64,000 bases of DNA from assembly GCA_964016885.1 (NCBI GenBank), contig OZ024742.1:81034001-81098000 (forward strand), in the 5' to 3' direction. The position numbers were made by a program, and so were the translations under genes. Each line of letters starts with the position of its first letter. Positions within the stretch are counted from its first letter, which is position 1. The notes under the pieces were generated by a model. It was not told the DNA's origin, did no database searches, and worked only from the letters and a program-made list of their open reading frames with translations. Positions 12,140 through 25,700 of the stretch are shown piece by piece. This DNA comes from Eledone cirrhosa. Taxonomy: Eukaryota.

Positions 12140-12701
12140 TGGAGTCATGATGTGATTGGCAGGGTGATCCACTGTCACCTAGGCAAAGTAAACAATTTAC
12201 CACATTCTGAGAAGTGGTATGAGCATAAGCCAGAGTCGGTGATAGAAAACGATCAGGTGAAGGTACTATGGGATTTTAGGATAAAGACGGACAAGACTTA
12301 GAACACAATAGGCCTGACTTGGTGGTTTTGGACAAGGAAAAAAGATCGTGCCTGATTGTAGATCTAGCCTGCCCATTTGACACGAGAGTGCAAGAAAAGG
12401 ATAGGGAGAACATTAACCAATACCAGGACTTAAAGTGGGTGTTAAAAAGGATTTGGAACTGCCATGAAGTGAAGGTTGTCCCTATTGTCATAGGCGCACT
12501 ATGTACTATCTCAAAGAGTTTCCAAGGATGGTGAAAGAAGATTAGTCCAGCCCCGCTTTTTGGTACACTTCAAAAGGCATGCTTGCTGGGAACAGCAAGA
12601 TTCCTCCGATACATCGCGAATATCTGAGGTTGCAGGTAGCGACTTGATATTCATTTCAACAAACTTTCCAGTTAAATAGCATCAATGATTGAGACTCAAA
12701 G

Positions 12702-12705
<4 letters not shown>
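12140..12705 (+). mobile_element. Family A 3' fragment (A2)
   Basis: HDVIGRVIH...RPDLVVLD...DLACP, followed by the family A 3' UTR. Confidence 0.88.
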
Positions 12706-12735
<30 letters not shown>

Positions 12736-12740
12736 ATAAA

Positions 12741-12930
12741 GAAAGTGTGGTAAGGAACCAGGTGTACCATAACACAGCAGAGTACTCGATACTTCGGGTA
12801 TTAGAGTGGGTAATAGGAAAAGAGTCAGTACCCCGACGGCTCATGTCCGGTGGTTCCGACAGCTAGATCTGAACTGTTCGGATCTAACTGTCGAAACGGC
12901 CGGTGCTCAGCCATGGGGGTCCTGACTCTT
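12741..12930. mobile_element. Short repeat with terminal fold-back, between (TA)n tracts
   Basis: Imperfect inverted arms of about 55 bp (AAAGAGTCAG...CTGACTCTTT). Second copy at 15285-15475. Confidence 0.6.
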
Positions 12931-14069
12931 TGTATATTTGTATGTATATATATAAATATATATATATATCGAGAGAGAGAGAGAGAGAGAGAGAGATAGA
13001 TAGAGAGAGGGAGAGGGAGAGAGAGATGTACATAGCGGAGCTGTCAATACCAGAACACTGCAATACAGGTCAATAACTAATTAAAAGAAGCAGTTTTTCA
13101 ACTGAACGCTTATAAGCCGAATGAGTGCTTCATGGCCGGAAATCACTGAAACAAATTCGGCGACCTTCGTAAACTATGTATATACCTAAAGAACGTATTT
13201 TTGTATGTGCGTGATTTTGCTCATGCAGTTAGCGTGATGAATCTATATATAAGTATACGTGCATTTCCATGTGAACGCAATTGTTAATTATATAAATGAA
13301 GATATGAATATCTGATAATTGTATTGAGATTCATTATAAGATTTATGGAATGAGTTCTCCAGTAAAATATATTTCCGCAAAAATTCATTAAGCTGATTGC
13401 ATTTTTCACGCAACACATTTAAATAAATATTGGTATGAGTAATCCTAATGTAATTATACAATTAAACTTAATATTCAGAAATAAATCATATGGAAATATG
13501 TTATTCGTTTATGTGTTAATTTATGCGTATCAATTGGAACAAGTTAGAAAAGACGGTCTCATTAAGCATACACAAATTATACATATTGAATTATTATTTT
13601 TCAGGTGTTCTCGCTCTGTGGTGAGGGTATCCGTGTGATCCACGTTGTCAGGTATATTTTGTATGAGGACCACCGCGCAATGGATTCAGTAGAAAAAAGT
13701 GAGAGATTTCGGAAGAAAATATCTTTACCGAATCGTTACTTAAGTTGAATGTACCATTATATAATCAATTTCATGGATTTTAGTAGGCGATTTTGAGTTT
13801 AATGAATGCGTCCCTGCAGAAGACATTCTGTCTGCATATATAAACTGTTATTCATGGTGTGTGTGCGTATGTTGATATATGGCTACGCAATACAATATTT
13901 TATCGTTAGGGTTCTCTAGGAATTCCAAGCACGTGTTAGATGGGTGATTAGCAATTGAACAGTAATTTGAACGTATGTTGCCAGAAGTAGATATTCAAAG
14001 AACCTATATGACAATGATAAAAAAGCAGGAACCTAAATGGGAATAATTGGGCCACATTCCTAGATAGCA

Positions 14070-14425
14070 TATGATCGAAAGAAAACGATCGCGAATATAC
14101 GCGTCCGAAATGGGGTTCCTCCGAAGGGTTTTTGGAATAACGTTACTCAATACAGAGTCACTCTAGGAAGTGCCGCTACGCCTCCGAATTGAGAGTTCGC
14201 AACACCGATACTATGATCACGGGGTTAAAATGTCTCAGGAAAGAATCGCTTGAAAGATTTGAGTGGAGGGAATCCCGAGCAAGATGGAGGACCACATCCA
14301 TGAGCTTGGCTGGTCTCGCTTGGAGATCCTCCCCGATCAGTTGGAGCGGATGTTTCTGACTTAACTTGTTGGAAAGAGTGTTTGAGGACTCTACCCAACG
14401 ACACACTTGGAGTAAGTGGGCGACG
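14070..14425 (+). mobile_element. RTE-clade LINE 3' fragment (degenerate)
   Basis: Translates to SRIYASEMGFLRRVFGITL...LRIESSQ...RWRTTS/HELGWSRLEI, typical of RTE C-termini. Followed by a trinucleotide tail. Confidence 0.7.
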
Positions 14426-14444
14426 AAGAAGACGACGACGACGA

Positions 14445-14492
<48 letters not shown>

Positions 14493-14508
14493 AGAAGAAG
14501 AAGAAGAC
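14421..14508 (+). repeat. (GAC/GGC/GAA)n microsatellite
   Basis: Directly visible; probable RTE tail. Confidence 0.95.
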
Positions 14509-14646
14509 TGTGTGACTCACTCGCAGCATTTAAAGGAAAGGCTATCGATAGCAGGCTTAATGATGTACTGCAGTTAGTTTTTAAAATATGAACAAGCTGA
14601 AATCGAATTCCTCGCCTGAACGATTTTCTGTCAACACACACAAGAT

Positions 14647-14833
14647 AATAATTGTTTCTACTTTTAACACAAGGCCAGCAATTACCTCAGTGCATTACTG
14701 GTACTTTATTTTATCGACCTCGTAAGGATGGAAGACAAAGTTGTCCTTGGCGAGATTTGAACTCAGACCATGAAGGGCCATAACTCTATGTTGCAATGCT
14801 TGGCGTCCGACCCTCTACCGATACTGCCAATCC
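14647..14833 (-). mobile_element. tRNA-derived SINE (older, diverged)
   Basis: Reverse complement of the SINE consensus including the GTAGAAACAATTATT end. Confidence 0.85.
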
Positions 14834-15284
14834 AAATAATGATGACTGTGAGGCTTTTGGACCATCTTGAAGTACAATGGTTGTCAAAACGCAAATCTGT
14901 TCCCCATATTAAAATAACTCCACACCTATATGATATTCTTTTTACTTAGTTGCGTATTTGCTACATTTCTCCACAAAACTAATTTTGACCATGAAACTAG
15001 ATTATATCCTTTATGATTAAATTGATTAAAATACAGTTTGAAATGGTCAAGTTTGCGTCCATTTGTTATTTAATACAGTAGAAATAGTAGCGGTTGCTGC
15101 ATCAATCATCTTTATTTATTACTTTCTAAAGTATGATTTACTACAACATAAAAAGTATAACAAATTTTACCCAAAATATTTGGAAGTGTTCAAATCACGA
15201 TTATATATCTCTCTAATTCCTCTCAATCAATTTCTCTCTTCCTCTATCTATCTACCTATATATGTATATATATAACAAACAGGG

Positions 15285-15475
15285 TGAGCTGAGATACCAG
15301 TTGGACCATAACGTACCAAAGTACTCAATACTTATGGTAGCAGAGTGGGTAATAGTAAAAGAGTCAGAACCCCGACTAATGAGATCCGGCTGTTTCGTGA
15401 GCAAGATCCGAACATGAGTTCGGATCTAGCTGTCAAAACCGCCGGAGCTCAGCCGTCGGGGTTCTGGCTCTTTTA
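15285..15475. mobile_element. Second copy of the fold-back repeat at 12741-12930
   Basis: Shared GAGTGGGTAATAG.AAAAGAGTCAG and GTTCGGATCTA.CTGTC. Flanked by (TA)n and (TATG)n. Confidence 0.6.
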
Positions 15476-15689
15476 CTATGTATGTATGTATGTATGTATG
15501 TATGTATGTATGTATGTATGTATGTATGTATGTATGTATGTATTTAAATATCATCTTGGTTAAGAGAGTGGGACTGGCTTTGTGCAGTGCCTTTGCTCAC
15601 TATAAAAGTTTCACGGTACAGGCATTGCTTTATATCTGGAGATCTCTGATCTCGCTGCACTTGTCGTCACATGGTACCATGGGCCCAGC

Positions 15690-15862
15690 ACTATGTGTCA
15701 ATAATTGTCACAAGTGTAGTGTTTGTACCAGAGTTTTCAAAACGCTGGCTGGACTAAAAAGTCACACCCGTTCAGCGCATCGGTAGGGGTTCTCCTACAT
15801 GGATATAAAGTAGTGGCCGTACTCGAAAACGAGTTGGCAGCCACCATGTAGGTATGTATGTA
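15690..15862 (+). mobile_element. RTE-type LINE 3' end with C2H2 finger and (TATG)n tail
   Basis: CSVCTRVFKTLAGLKSHTRSAHR*, then TGGCC.TACTCGA.AACGAG...CATGTA.GTATG. The same terminus recurs at 16405-16462. Confidence 0.65.
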
Positions 15863-15864
15863 TG

Positions 15865-16350
15865 TTATGTCGGGTCACACTTGAGTGCTACTGGTAACAT
15901 GTAACCCAGTACAACCTGTCGCATGATCGGGTCGTCGGCGACTAAACTGGCAAGCCCACCAGGTTTACTTGGCGGGGAGGGAGATTTGGGACACGCTGCA
16001 GGACAAAAAAAGAATACCTGACAAAGGGCGGAGAGCTTATATGAGTCAACGGCCATCCACATGTGTGTAAATATGTATATATACATGTACATGTGTATGC
16101 ATATGTATATGTGTATATACATGGGTGCATGTGTGTGTATATGCGCGGAGACATAGAAAGTGTCGGGCAGGACACCCGATAACGTGGTTAACTCCTAGGA
16201 GAAGGCAACTCAGGAAACTAGGATAACTCCGATATAATACCTGCGGCTCAGTAGATACCGATGATGTTGATCTTTTCGAGTTATAGCTACTGTTGCTCAG
16301 AGAGTGGGATTGGCTCAGTGCACAGTTTTCCTCGCTTTAAAAAATATCTT
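15865..16350 (+). repeat. Dispersed repeat, RTE 5'-end-like, interrupted by (TG/TA)n
   Basis: Homologous to 20330-20635 (minus strand) and 3125-3350. Confidence 0.55.
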
Positions 16351-16465
16351 CATACACAGGCATTGCACGATAGAATTAATTGATAATTATTAATAATGGT
16401 ATATCGTGCAATGGCCATACTCGATAACGAGGGGGCAACCATCATGTATGTATGTATGTATGTAG

Positions 16466-16810
<345 letters not shown>

Positions 16811-16854
16811 ATATATATATATATTTATGTATGTTTAGCAAGGGTTTTCATATA

Positions 16855-17044
16855 AAATCGTGTGTTGGAACAGATATTTGGAGAGGGTTATATTATTATA
16901 ATATTGGCGGAAATAATAATAAAACACAGTCACTGCTTGGACTGGATTGATTTTCGCTTTTTTATAGTATATCTCTATTGTTAATTTAGCTAAAATTAAA
17001 TGTTTATCATTGATTGATCAACGATTAAAAACATAGATATAAAT

Positions 17045-17050
<6 letters not shown>
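16855..17050 (+). repeat. Dispersed (TA)n-associated repeat (also 18853-19050 + and about 20100-20195 -)
   Basis: Shared ATCGTGTGT.G.AACA...AATAATAA.A.AACACA...ATGTTTATCATTGATTGA...AGATATAAATAT. Confidence 0.65.
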
Positions 17051-17100
<50 letters not shown>

Positions 17101-17108
<8 letters not shown>

Positions 17109-17788
17109 AAGTAAATCCTTCATCAGTGGCCTTCCAACCGTCCTAGGCATTTATTCGCTTTAAAGGCCATATACCTCAGGTTGGTGCGAACAACGGCTAA
17201 AAAAAGTCGTTGGGACACGTAAATAAAGGGGACGCTAGGGTGAACAAACAAAATGGTCTAAGCAACAGAAAGTGAGAAGAAAGAGACAAGTCCCAGATTT
17301 CTATGAATATAAACTCGGTGAAATCGTGAACGAGAGAATAAAGACCATCAAACCTGGTTGAAATGTGAGCAAGGAAGGAATTTCGCACAGGTCTAACGGG
17401 GGGAAGAAGAAGGGGTCTGGTCTGCGAACTCGGTAAACATAAGTTCTGTGAAGTCGCAGACGAGAGAGAGAGAGAAAAAAAAATTCATACCGGCTTGGCC
17501 AAGAGCACGCGAGAAAAGAATACGGACATGTCAAACGGGAAGAAAGAGGAGGAGGAGGAGAGGTAGTGACAGAGAATGAGTGAGTGAAAGTTGAGGAAGA
17601 GGCTAACAGAGAGAGAGAGACTGCTAGAAAGGGTAAAGATACAAAGAACGAAACAGACGGGTGGCAGCAGAGGAAAAAATATATGTGTAAATATGATAAT
17701 AATGGAGCTGCGGCGTTGCAAATGGGTTACATATGAAAAAGTAAGTCCCTCATCAGTGGCCTTCCAACCGTCCTAGGCATTTCATCGC

Positions 17789-17792
<4 letters not shown>
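17101..17792 (-). mobile_element. Element bounded by direct repeats of about 60 bp within (TA)n, pLTR-like
   Basis: 17101-17162 and 17731-17792 are near identical and contain CTGATGA on the minus strand. Confidence 0.55.
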
Positions 17793-17840
<48 letters not shown>

Positions 17841-18063
17841 GAAAATTGCAAACTTGACTGTCACCACACATTATGAACCTGAAGATTGCTTAAGCATGAA
17901 AGTACTTGTTCAATTAACACTTAACATTTAATAATTTATCATACTATTTCATTATAATACCATTATAAATTTTAAAGTATTGTAAATCAAACGAGTAAAT
18001 CAGACAAAGTTGGAATTCCACTTATTAATATAATCTTCTATACACAATCATACACACCCGTGT

Positions 18064-18810
<747 letters not shown>

Positions 18811-18818
18811 TCTCTCTC

Positions 18819-18852
<34 letters not shown>

Positions 18853-19061
18853 ATCGTGTGTCGAAACAAATATTGTTATACTTGGGATGGGTCATATTGT
18901 TGTAATATTGCCAGAAATAATAACAGAACACACACACTGTTCGGTTGCTTTTCGCTTCTGGATCTTTTATATCACCTTAGTAAATTTATTTGGCATTCAA
19001 TGTTTATCATTGATTGACCAATGATTAAAAATACAGATATAAATATGTATATATAGTCTAT

Positions 19062-19097
19062 GAAAGTTCTTTCATTGCACATCTGCAACATCATCAG
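19062..19097 (-). ncRNA. Hammerhead-ribozyme-like core
   Basis: CUGAUGA-U-GUUGCA(GAUG)UGCAAU-GAAA. Stem I is not recoverable. Confidence 0.55.
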
Positions 19098-20190
19098 TGG
19101 TACTATTATGTTCTCTCCTATACTAATGTCTACACCATTTTAATTTAATTAATTAATTAATTTATTTAATCTTTTCTCTGTCTCTGCGCATGCTTTTGCG
19201 TGTGTGTTTCGTGTGTGTGTTCGCATTTGTGTGCAGGTTTTGTTTTTGAATTCTTTCGTTGTTCACTTGTGTGTGATTTTATGTGTTTGTTGTTAATGTT
19301 CTTGTGTATATACATATTTATTCATTTATTTATATTTCCCTTAAGTCAGTATTGCTTGTTTGAGTATGGTTGTTGTTGTTATTCCATTCATTTTTTCTGT
19401 TTAACTTTGCTCTTCGTAGTTCTATCTAAGTTGCGTCTCTGATTTGCCTATCTGTTGAGTCATTTCTATGTTTAGATATTATTTTAATTTCTATGTTGTC
19501 TCTATTACCGTCATGTCTTTGTCTGGCGCGTTCGTATAGTACTGAACTGTTTTTTTTTTTTTTTGTCCTTCTGGTTCCCCCCAGTGTTGGTCTATTATCT
19601 CTGCTATGCTTCGAGCTGTGTCACCTATGAATGTCGTTATCATGTTTCTGCAAGTACTCTCTCTACATCTTACGCTATAGACTACATTTCTAGTTTTATA
19701 AGTTATCTAAAGGTTCTTTATACATATAAGACATTTCTTATTTGAACAGTCGGTTTTCTTAAAGGGTTATGTTTTGCTGATAGGGGATTTTATGGTAATT
19801 CCTGACTTGTAAACCACTTTAATATTTAGATTGGTCTTTCTTTGGGTCTTTCTACATTGCTTAGCTAATTTCCTTCCAGGAGTAGCACCCATGAATATGA
19901 CACTCTGGTTTCCGTGGTTATCATACCATGAAGTGGCTTTCCCTATCTTATGTTTAGGCCTATATAAGCTATTCCATTATTTGCTCTTGTATAATGGGCA
20001 TATTCCTTTCATGCCCATTTCGCTGAGGAACTTTGAGTAACACTATAGACGAGAAGGCCCGAATTCTCCACTTACACTATGCCAAACCCATGACCACCAA
20101 ATACGTGATACAGAAGCGGAAACCAGCCAAACAGTGAGTGTGTTCTGTTATTATTCATGGTAATATTACAACATGATCCACCCCAAGTAT

Positions 20191-20231
<41 letters not shown>

Positions 20232-20233
20232 AT

Positions 20234-20269
20234 CAAAGTCCTTTCATCACACATCTGTGACATCATCAG
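20234..20269 (-). ncRNA. Hammerhead-ribozyme-like core, second copy
   Basis: CUGAUGA-U-GUCACA(GAUG)UGUGAU-GAAA, with two compensatory pairs relative to the 19062 copy. Confidence 0.55.
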
Positions 20270-20329
20270 CGGTGCTATCATGTTTCCTCTCGTTGTACAA
20301 GCAATGTCTATGCTTTGAAGGTTTTTTAA

Positions 20330-20635
20330 GTGGGGAAAAGTCTTGCACTAGACCAATCCCACTCTCTGAGTATCGAAAACATTACCCCAAAAAGAGAAAT
20401 GAGCAACATCATCAGATGCTTCCGAAGCAGGTTTCCTTTTCCCCTCTCCCAGGTAAAAAAAGGTACTCTTTGGATGACCTTTGACTCTCGCGAGTTCCTC
20501 CACCAGGGTCTTGTATTTCATCCGTCAGGGTGTCCAAGTGTCACCATCCTCACCAAGAACGCTTGCTTGGGTTGCCGACCATGAGGTTGTACTAGCTTAC
20601 ATGTTACCAGTAGCACTCCAGAGTGACCTTACACA
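20330..20635 (-). repeat. Dispersed repeat, RTE 5'-end-like
   Basis: Reverse complement of the 15865-16350 motifs; abuts (TA)n. Confidence 0.55.
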
Positions 20636-21487
20636 TATATATATATATATATTAATAGCTTGAGGGCACCACAATTTAATAGCTCGACGGCACCACAATA
20701 CCAAGAATTGTACTTCATCTATCTATTGAATAGTGTTTCATCTATGGAATCAGTACTGCGCTGGAAAAATTGGACACAATTAATAAGGCAATCAACAAAA
20801 GTTTAAAATGATCTGTGAATAACGTTCAGCAAATAATTTATTGGAGGCATCAAATCATTTATATATCCCACAAATGAATACATAAAAAGGAACACGCTAA
20901 CATTAAACATCGCGTATCAGGTCAGTCAGTAAAGACAAATAAGTGAGATATATAGTTATGATTTTGTATACGTTAACGTAATTTTAAACGTGTGTATATC
21001 AAATTTCTAGGAAACAGGCAAGTGCATTTGAGTAGTAACTATTCTTACGTAGAAAACATAGTTATTTCTAATACTTTGGCAAATAATATCCATTCAATAT
21101 TATGTATTTATATAAAAATATTAAACTTTTTTGACATATACAATATCAAATGGAATGTATATTAGAGATTATTGAAAAATGCTATTTTTTCACTTCATTT
21201 CTATTGTTATAAAGGAATATTGATAGAAAAGTATCATATTATGCATGCAGTAATAACCCATCAGGAACATGAAATAATGCACGGAAAAAAGGTTTTTGGT
21301 GAATGACAAACAGCTGCATAATAAAAATTGGTCAAATAATTTCATATTAAATATTTTTTATAGGAAACATACGGATGATATCCTGATGTCATGTACAGAA
21401 TCATTCCATCATCATACCTCTCCTCCAATTCTTACTACTCGTCGTCAGCCTCGTCGTTATTTTTTTCATTATTATTATTGTCATTTT

Positions 21488-21673
21488 GGGCGATGGATTG
21501 GCAGTATCGGTAGAGGGTCGGACGCCATGATTTGACGCGTAGAGTTACGGCCCTTGCCATTCTGAGTTCAAATCCCGCCGAGGTTAACTTTGCCTTTCAT
21601 CCTTACGGGGTCGATAAAATAAAGAACCAGTATTACACTGGTAATTTCTGACCTTGTACCAAAAGTAGAAACA
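21488..21673 (+). mobile_element. tRNA-derived SINE with 17 bp TSD
   Basis: A and B boxes; TSD ATTATTATTGTCATTTT at 21471-21487 and 21674-21690. Confidence 0.92.
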
Positions 21674-21690
21674 ATTATTATTGTCATTTT

Positions 21691-22715
21691 TGTTTTCTTT
21701 CATATTGTTTCTGAGATATATGCCAAGAGTCTTCCTGACACCTAGGCAAATAAATTCACAGTGTGCATTGGTAAGCCAGTTAATACAGCACATTGATTAA
21801 CATAAAAAAAAACAGTATATATATACATACATATGTACATATTCATATGTAAATACAAGCATGGATATCTATCTTACAGAGAGTGTGCTCTTCTCAATAA
21901 GTGTGAAGTACCAGTCAAAACAATTTGTTGCACCTCATGCAGAATGGGTAGACCAGGATTCATTCACAAATATTGTTCTGTTCCTCTCTTGATCATTCCC
22001 AGTCCTCCCACAATCACTGGTATTTTAACGGCCTTGATTTGCCACATTTTCTCAATTTCAATCAGCAGATCTTTATATTTTCTTAGCTTGTCAAATTCTT
22101 CTGCCGCGATATTGTGATCACATGGGATGCTCATATCTACCAATAAACAGATCTTCTTATGTTGATCTTTTACAATGATGTCAGGTCTATTTGCTTTTAT
22201 GGTCCTGTCAGTATGTACAAGAAAGTCCCAGAGAATTGTTACATTTTCTCCTTCAGTTACAGCCTCAGGGTGATGATTGTACCACTTGTCTTCAGCTTTG
22301 ATTTTGTAATGCCGACATATTACCCGGTGTAGATATTGGCCAACTCTATCATGTCTATATTTGTATTCTACTGGGGCTAAAACTTTACACCCAGAGACTA
22401 AGGGATCTAATCCGCTGTTTCAACCTCAGCATTGCAGAATCGGCACTTTGTGTTTATTCCGTTTCTCACATTCGCCTCGTAATTACGAGTCAATAATTTG
22501 ATCTTGGGCAGCTAAGATTAAGCCTTCACTCTCCGCCTTTAGCCCTGAACTACATAGCCACTGATGGGTGTGCTTTTAGTCAAAATCAGCTTATTTGCTA
22601 TGCAGAGGATTCTGCTCCCAATTAGATGCTAATTGTCCCTGCCCTTTTGATTTTGCCCTTTTGATTTTGCCTAGCAGCATCAGTTGCAACAGTTTCTTTA
22701 GTCTGTCCAGCCTGG
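21691..22715 (-). mobile_element. R4/Dong-type family C 3' fragment (C1)
   Basis: The minus strand encodes GLKAESEGLILAAQDQ, RHDRVGQYLH, ANRPDIIVKD...DMSIP and VLTGTSHLLRR. Its distinct 3' UTR is shared with 52335-52470. Confidence 0.85.
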
Positions 22716-22775
22716 GTAATTATTATTATTATTATTACTATTATTATTATTAATATTATTATTATTATTATTATT

Positions 22776-25700
22776 TGAGTCTCAGTCATTGATGTTAGTT
22801 AACTGGGAAGTTTGTTGAAATGAATATCAAGCCACTACCTGCAGCCTCAGATATTCAGGACGTATCGGAGGGTTCTTGCTGTTCCCAGCAAGCATGCCTT
22901 TTGAAGCGTTCCAAAAAGCGGGAAGGGGCCAATTTTCTTTAACCATCCCTGGAAACTTTTTGAGATAGTCCCTAGTGCGCCTATGACAATCGGGATCACT
23001 TTGACTTCATGGCGGTTCCAAATCCTTTTTACCTCCCACTCTAAGTCCTGGTATCGGTTAATTTCCTCCCTCTCCTTCTCTTGCACTCTCGTGTCGAATG
23101 GGCAGGCCACATCCACAATCAGGCACGATCTTTTTTCTTTGACAACAACCACCAGGTCAGGTATATTGTGTTCCAGTTTCTTGTCCGTCTGTAACTTAAA
23201 ATCCCACAGCACCTTCACCTGATCGTTTTCTATCACCGACTCTGGCTTATGCTCATACCACTTCTCAGATTGTGGTAAATTGTTTACTTTGCATAGGTGC
23301 CAGTGGATCACCCTGCCCATCACATCATGTCTCCAGCCCTTATAGTGAGTCTGGGCTAGGTGTTTACACTCGGATACAATGTGAGCCACAGTCTCCTCTC
23401 TCTGTTCACAGATCCTGCACTGCGGGCTAGCCTCCTCCTTGTAAATATGGTGTTTCAACCACTTCGTTTTGAGGGCCTGCTCCTGCGCAGCCATTAACAT
23501 TCCTTCTTTAGCCTTTTTAAGGTCTCCTCTTTTCAACCAGTTCCATGTCTGTGGATCTCTAAATTCAGTTTTCTCAAAGAAGGTACTATGAAGGGATTTT
23601 TCCTGAAGGCTGCTCTTTCTCCTTGATGTTATTTCCTCCCTGGACATCCCCTGGCCTATTATCCCCTCCTTCAGTACAGTTCTGAGCATTGGCTCCTTAC
23701 TATCAGTCACGTATTTGAGTAGGTTGTTTTTCTCCATCTGAACACAGTCCTCTATGCTGATAAGACCTATTCCACCTTCAGATCTCCTTAAGTAGCGTCT
23801 ACCGGCATCACTCCTCTTGTGCAACATGTTGTAGATAATCAATAGCTTCCTAGTCTTCCTATCCATTTCTTTTTGTTCAGCAACATTCCATCTCAGAATT
23901 CCCGCACTGTACCTAATAATAGACACAGCTCGGGAATTTACTGCACTTATGGCATTCCTACTGTTGAGATTGACTTTAATACGCTCCTTATTCTCCGAAT
24001 GTATTCAGTTCTTATCAATTCCTTCATTTTTTTGTTCTTGATGTCATCAGCCTTCAGAACACCCACATACTTGTATCCTTCTTCAGAGTCAATTTCCTTT
24101 ATCATCTCACCTGTTGGTACCTGGATTCCGTTACTTCTGCTCAACTTACCCATCTTCATCACAATAACTCCACACTTACTAATACCAAATTGCATACATA
24201 TATCATTGCTGAAAATACGGACAGTGTCAACAAGCACATCCAACTCCTTCTCACTCATCCCGAAGAGCTTAAGATCGTCCATGAAGAGAAGGTGATTGAT
24301 GGTAAGCCCTCCCTTTCCCAACCTGTATCCTGCTCTCACTTTTCGCAGTACACTGGTCAGGGGCATCAGGGCAAGGACAAACAACAGAAGGGACAGACTA
24401 TCTCCCTGGAAGATACCTCTCTTGATCTTCACGCTTCCCAAGGATTCTCCAGTTGATGTTAACTCTGTTTCACATGACTTCATACTTTTGCCCAACAACT
24501 GTCTGATGTTATCTGCCACCTTGAAGATCTCCAGGCTTTCGGTGATCCAAGAATGAGGCACCATGTCAAATGCCTTTTTGTAGTCTATCCATCCCATGGC
24601 AAGACCAGTGTGTCTCCTCTTGCAATTCCTCATTACCATCTTATCAATAAGTAACTGGTCCTTTGTACCACGTGACCTCTTTAGGCATCCTTTCTGTTCG
24701 TCCGGTAACAAGTTGTTTGTGTGGAGGTGATGGTAGATTTCCTCAGACACAATGCTTGTCAACAGTTTCCACATTACGGACAGACATGTGATAAGTCTAT
24801 AGTTGGTAACATCATTACCCTTGATTCGGTCTTTAATTATCAGAACTGTCGTAACTTTTGTCAACTACTCTGGTACCTCACCGGACATCAAGCAGTCATT
24901 GAACATGGTTGTCAATTTCGGGTGGAGGGATGTTATATTTTTAATCCAATACCCCTGCACACCATCTGGGCCTGGTGATTTCCAGTTGGTTAGTTTTCTG
25001 GCCTGCCCCTTGAGAGTTTCAACCTGTGATACTCAAATCAGTTTGTTGGTGTGCCTGTTCACTAATCTCCTTTTTGTACTGTCTCAATCCACATTAGGTT
25101 TAACATCCTACTCCTATATTCCACTCCAGAATGTCTTAGTTTGTTTCGCCTCAGGGATCAAGTCGTTGCCTCTTTCTTTCCCTTCAAGCTGTCCAAACAA
25201 CATCTTCTGGTTGTTGACGAACATGCGGTTCTGTCTATTCTGACTGACTCTGCTCTCGTATCGCCTAATTTTTGCACTCTTTGCTACAATGCGTTGCTTC
25301 AGTTCCTCTATGATAATATTTAGCATTTTCCTCCTAGTTTTGTACTTTATTTCCGGTCTAATTTTAGTGTCTATCTTTAATAGTGTCCCATTCAGTAGGG
25401 ACTCAATCTTTCCATGTAATTTCTCATTTTCCTGATTTGACCATACAGTTGTTTCTTCCACCAAGGTTCTGATCTTTCTTGTTTGTTGTTTCCTCTCGCT
25501 TTTATGCCAAGTAATTTCCTCACCGCATTTGCTGTTGCTTTGAGGATATTGTTGCACTGGTGAAGGCTTCTCGCCTCAAGGTATGGGATGACTTTGTTTA
25601 CCTTAGCTGTTGTTTCTTTTAACTTTTTCCTGTCTACAAATCTTAGGTTCATAGGTTTCCTACTATCATTGTTCATTTCAGCTACCACTAAGTTTTGAAT

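Noticed and set aside
13605-13651. Possible small host exon (tttttcag...gtatat)
   Set aside because: Splice-like signals only; no recognisable protein or partner exons. Needs RNA-seq.
14176-14641. Poly-Arg/poly-Val ORFs, and the many IY/N/CV-repeat ORFs elsewhere
   Set aside because: Translations of microsatellites.
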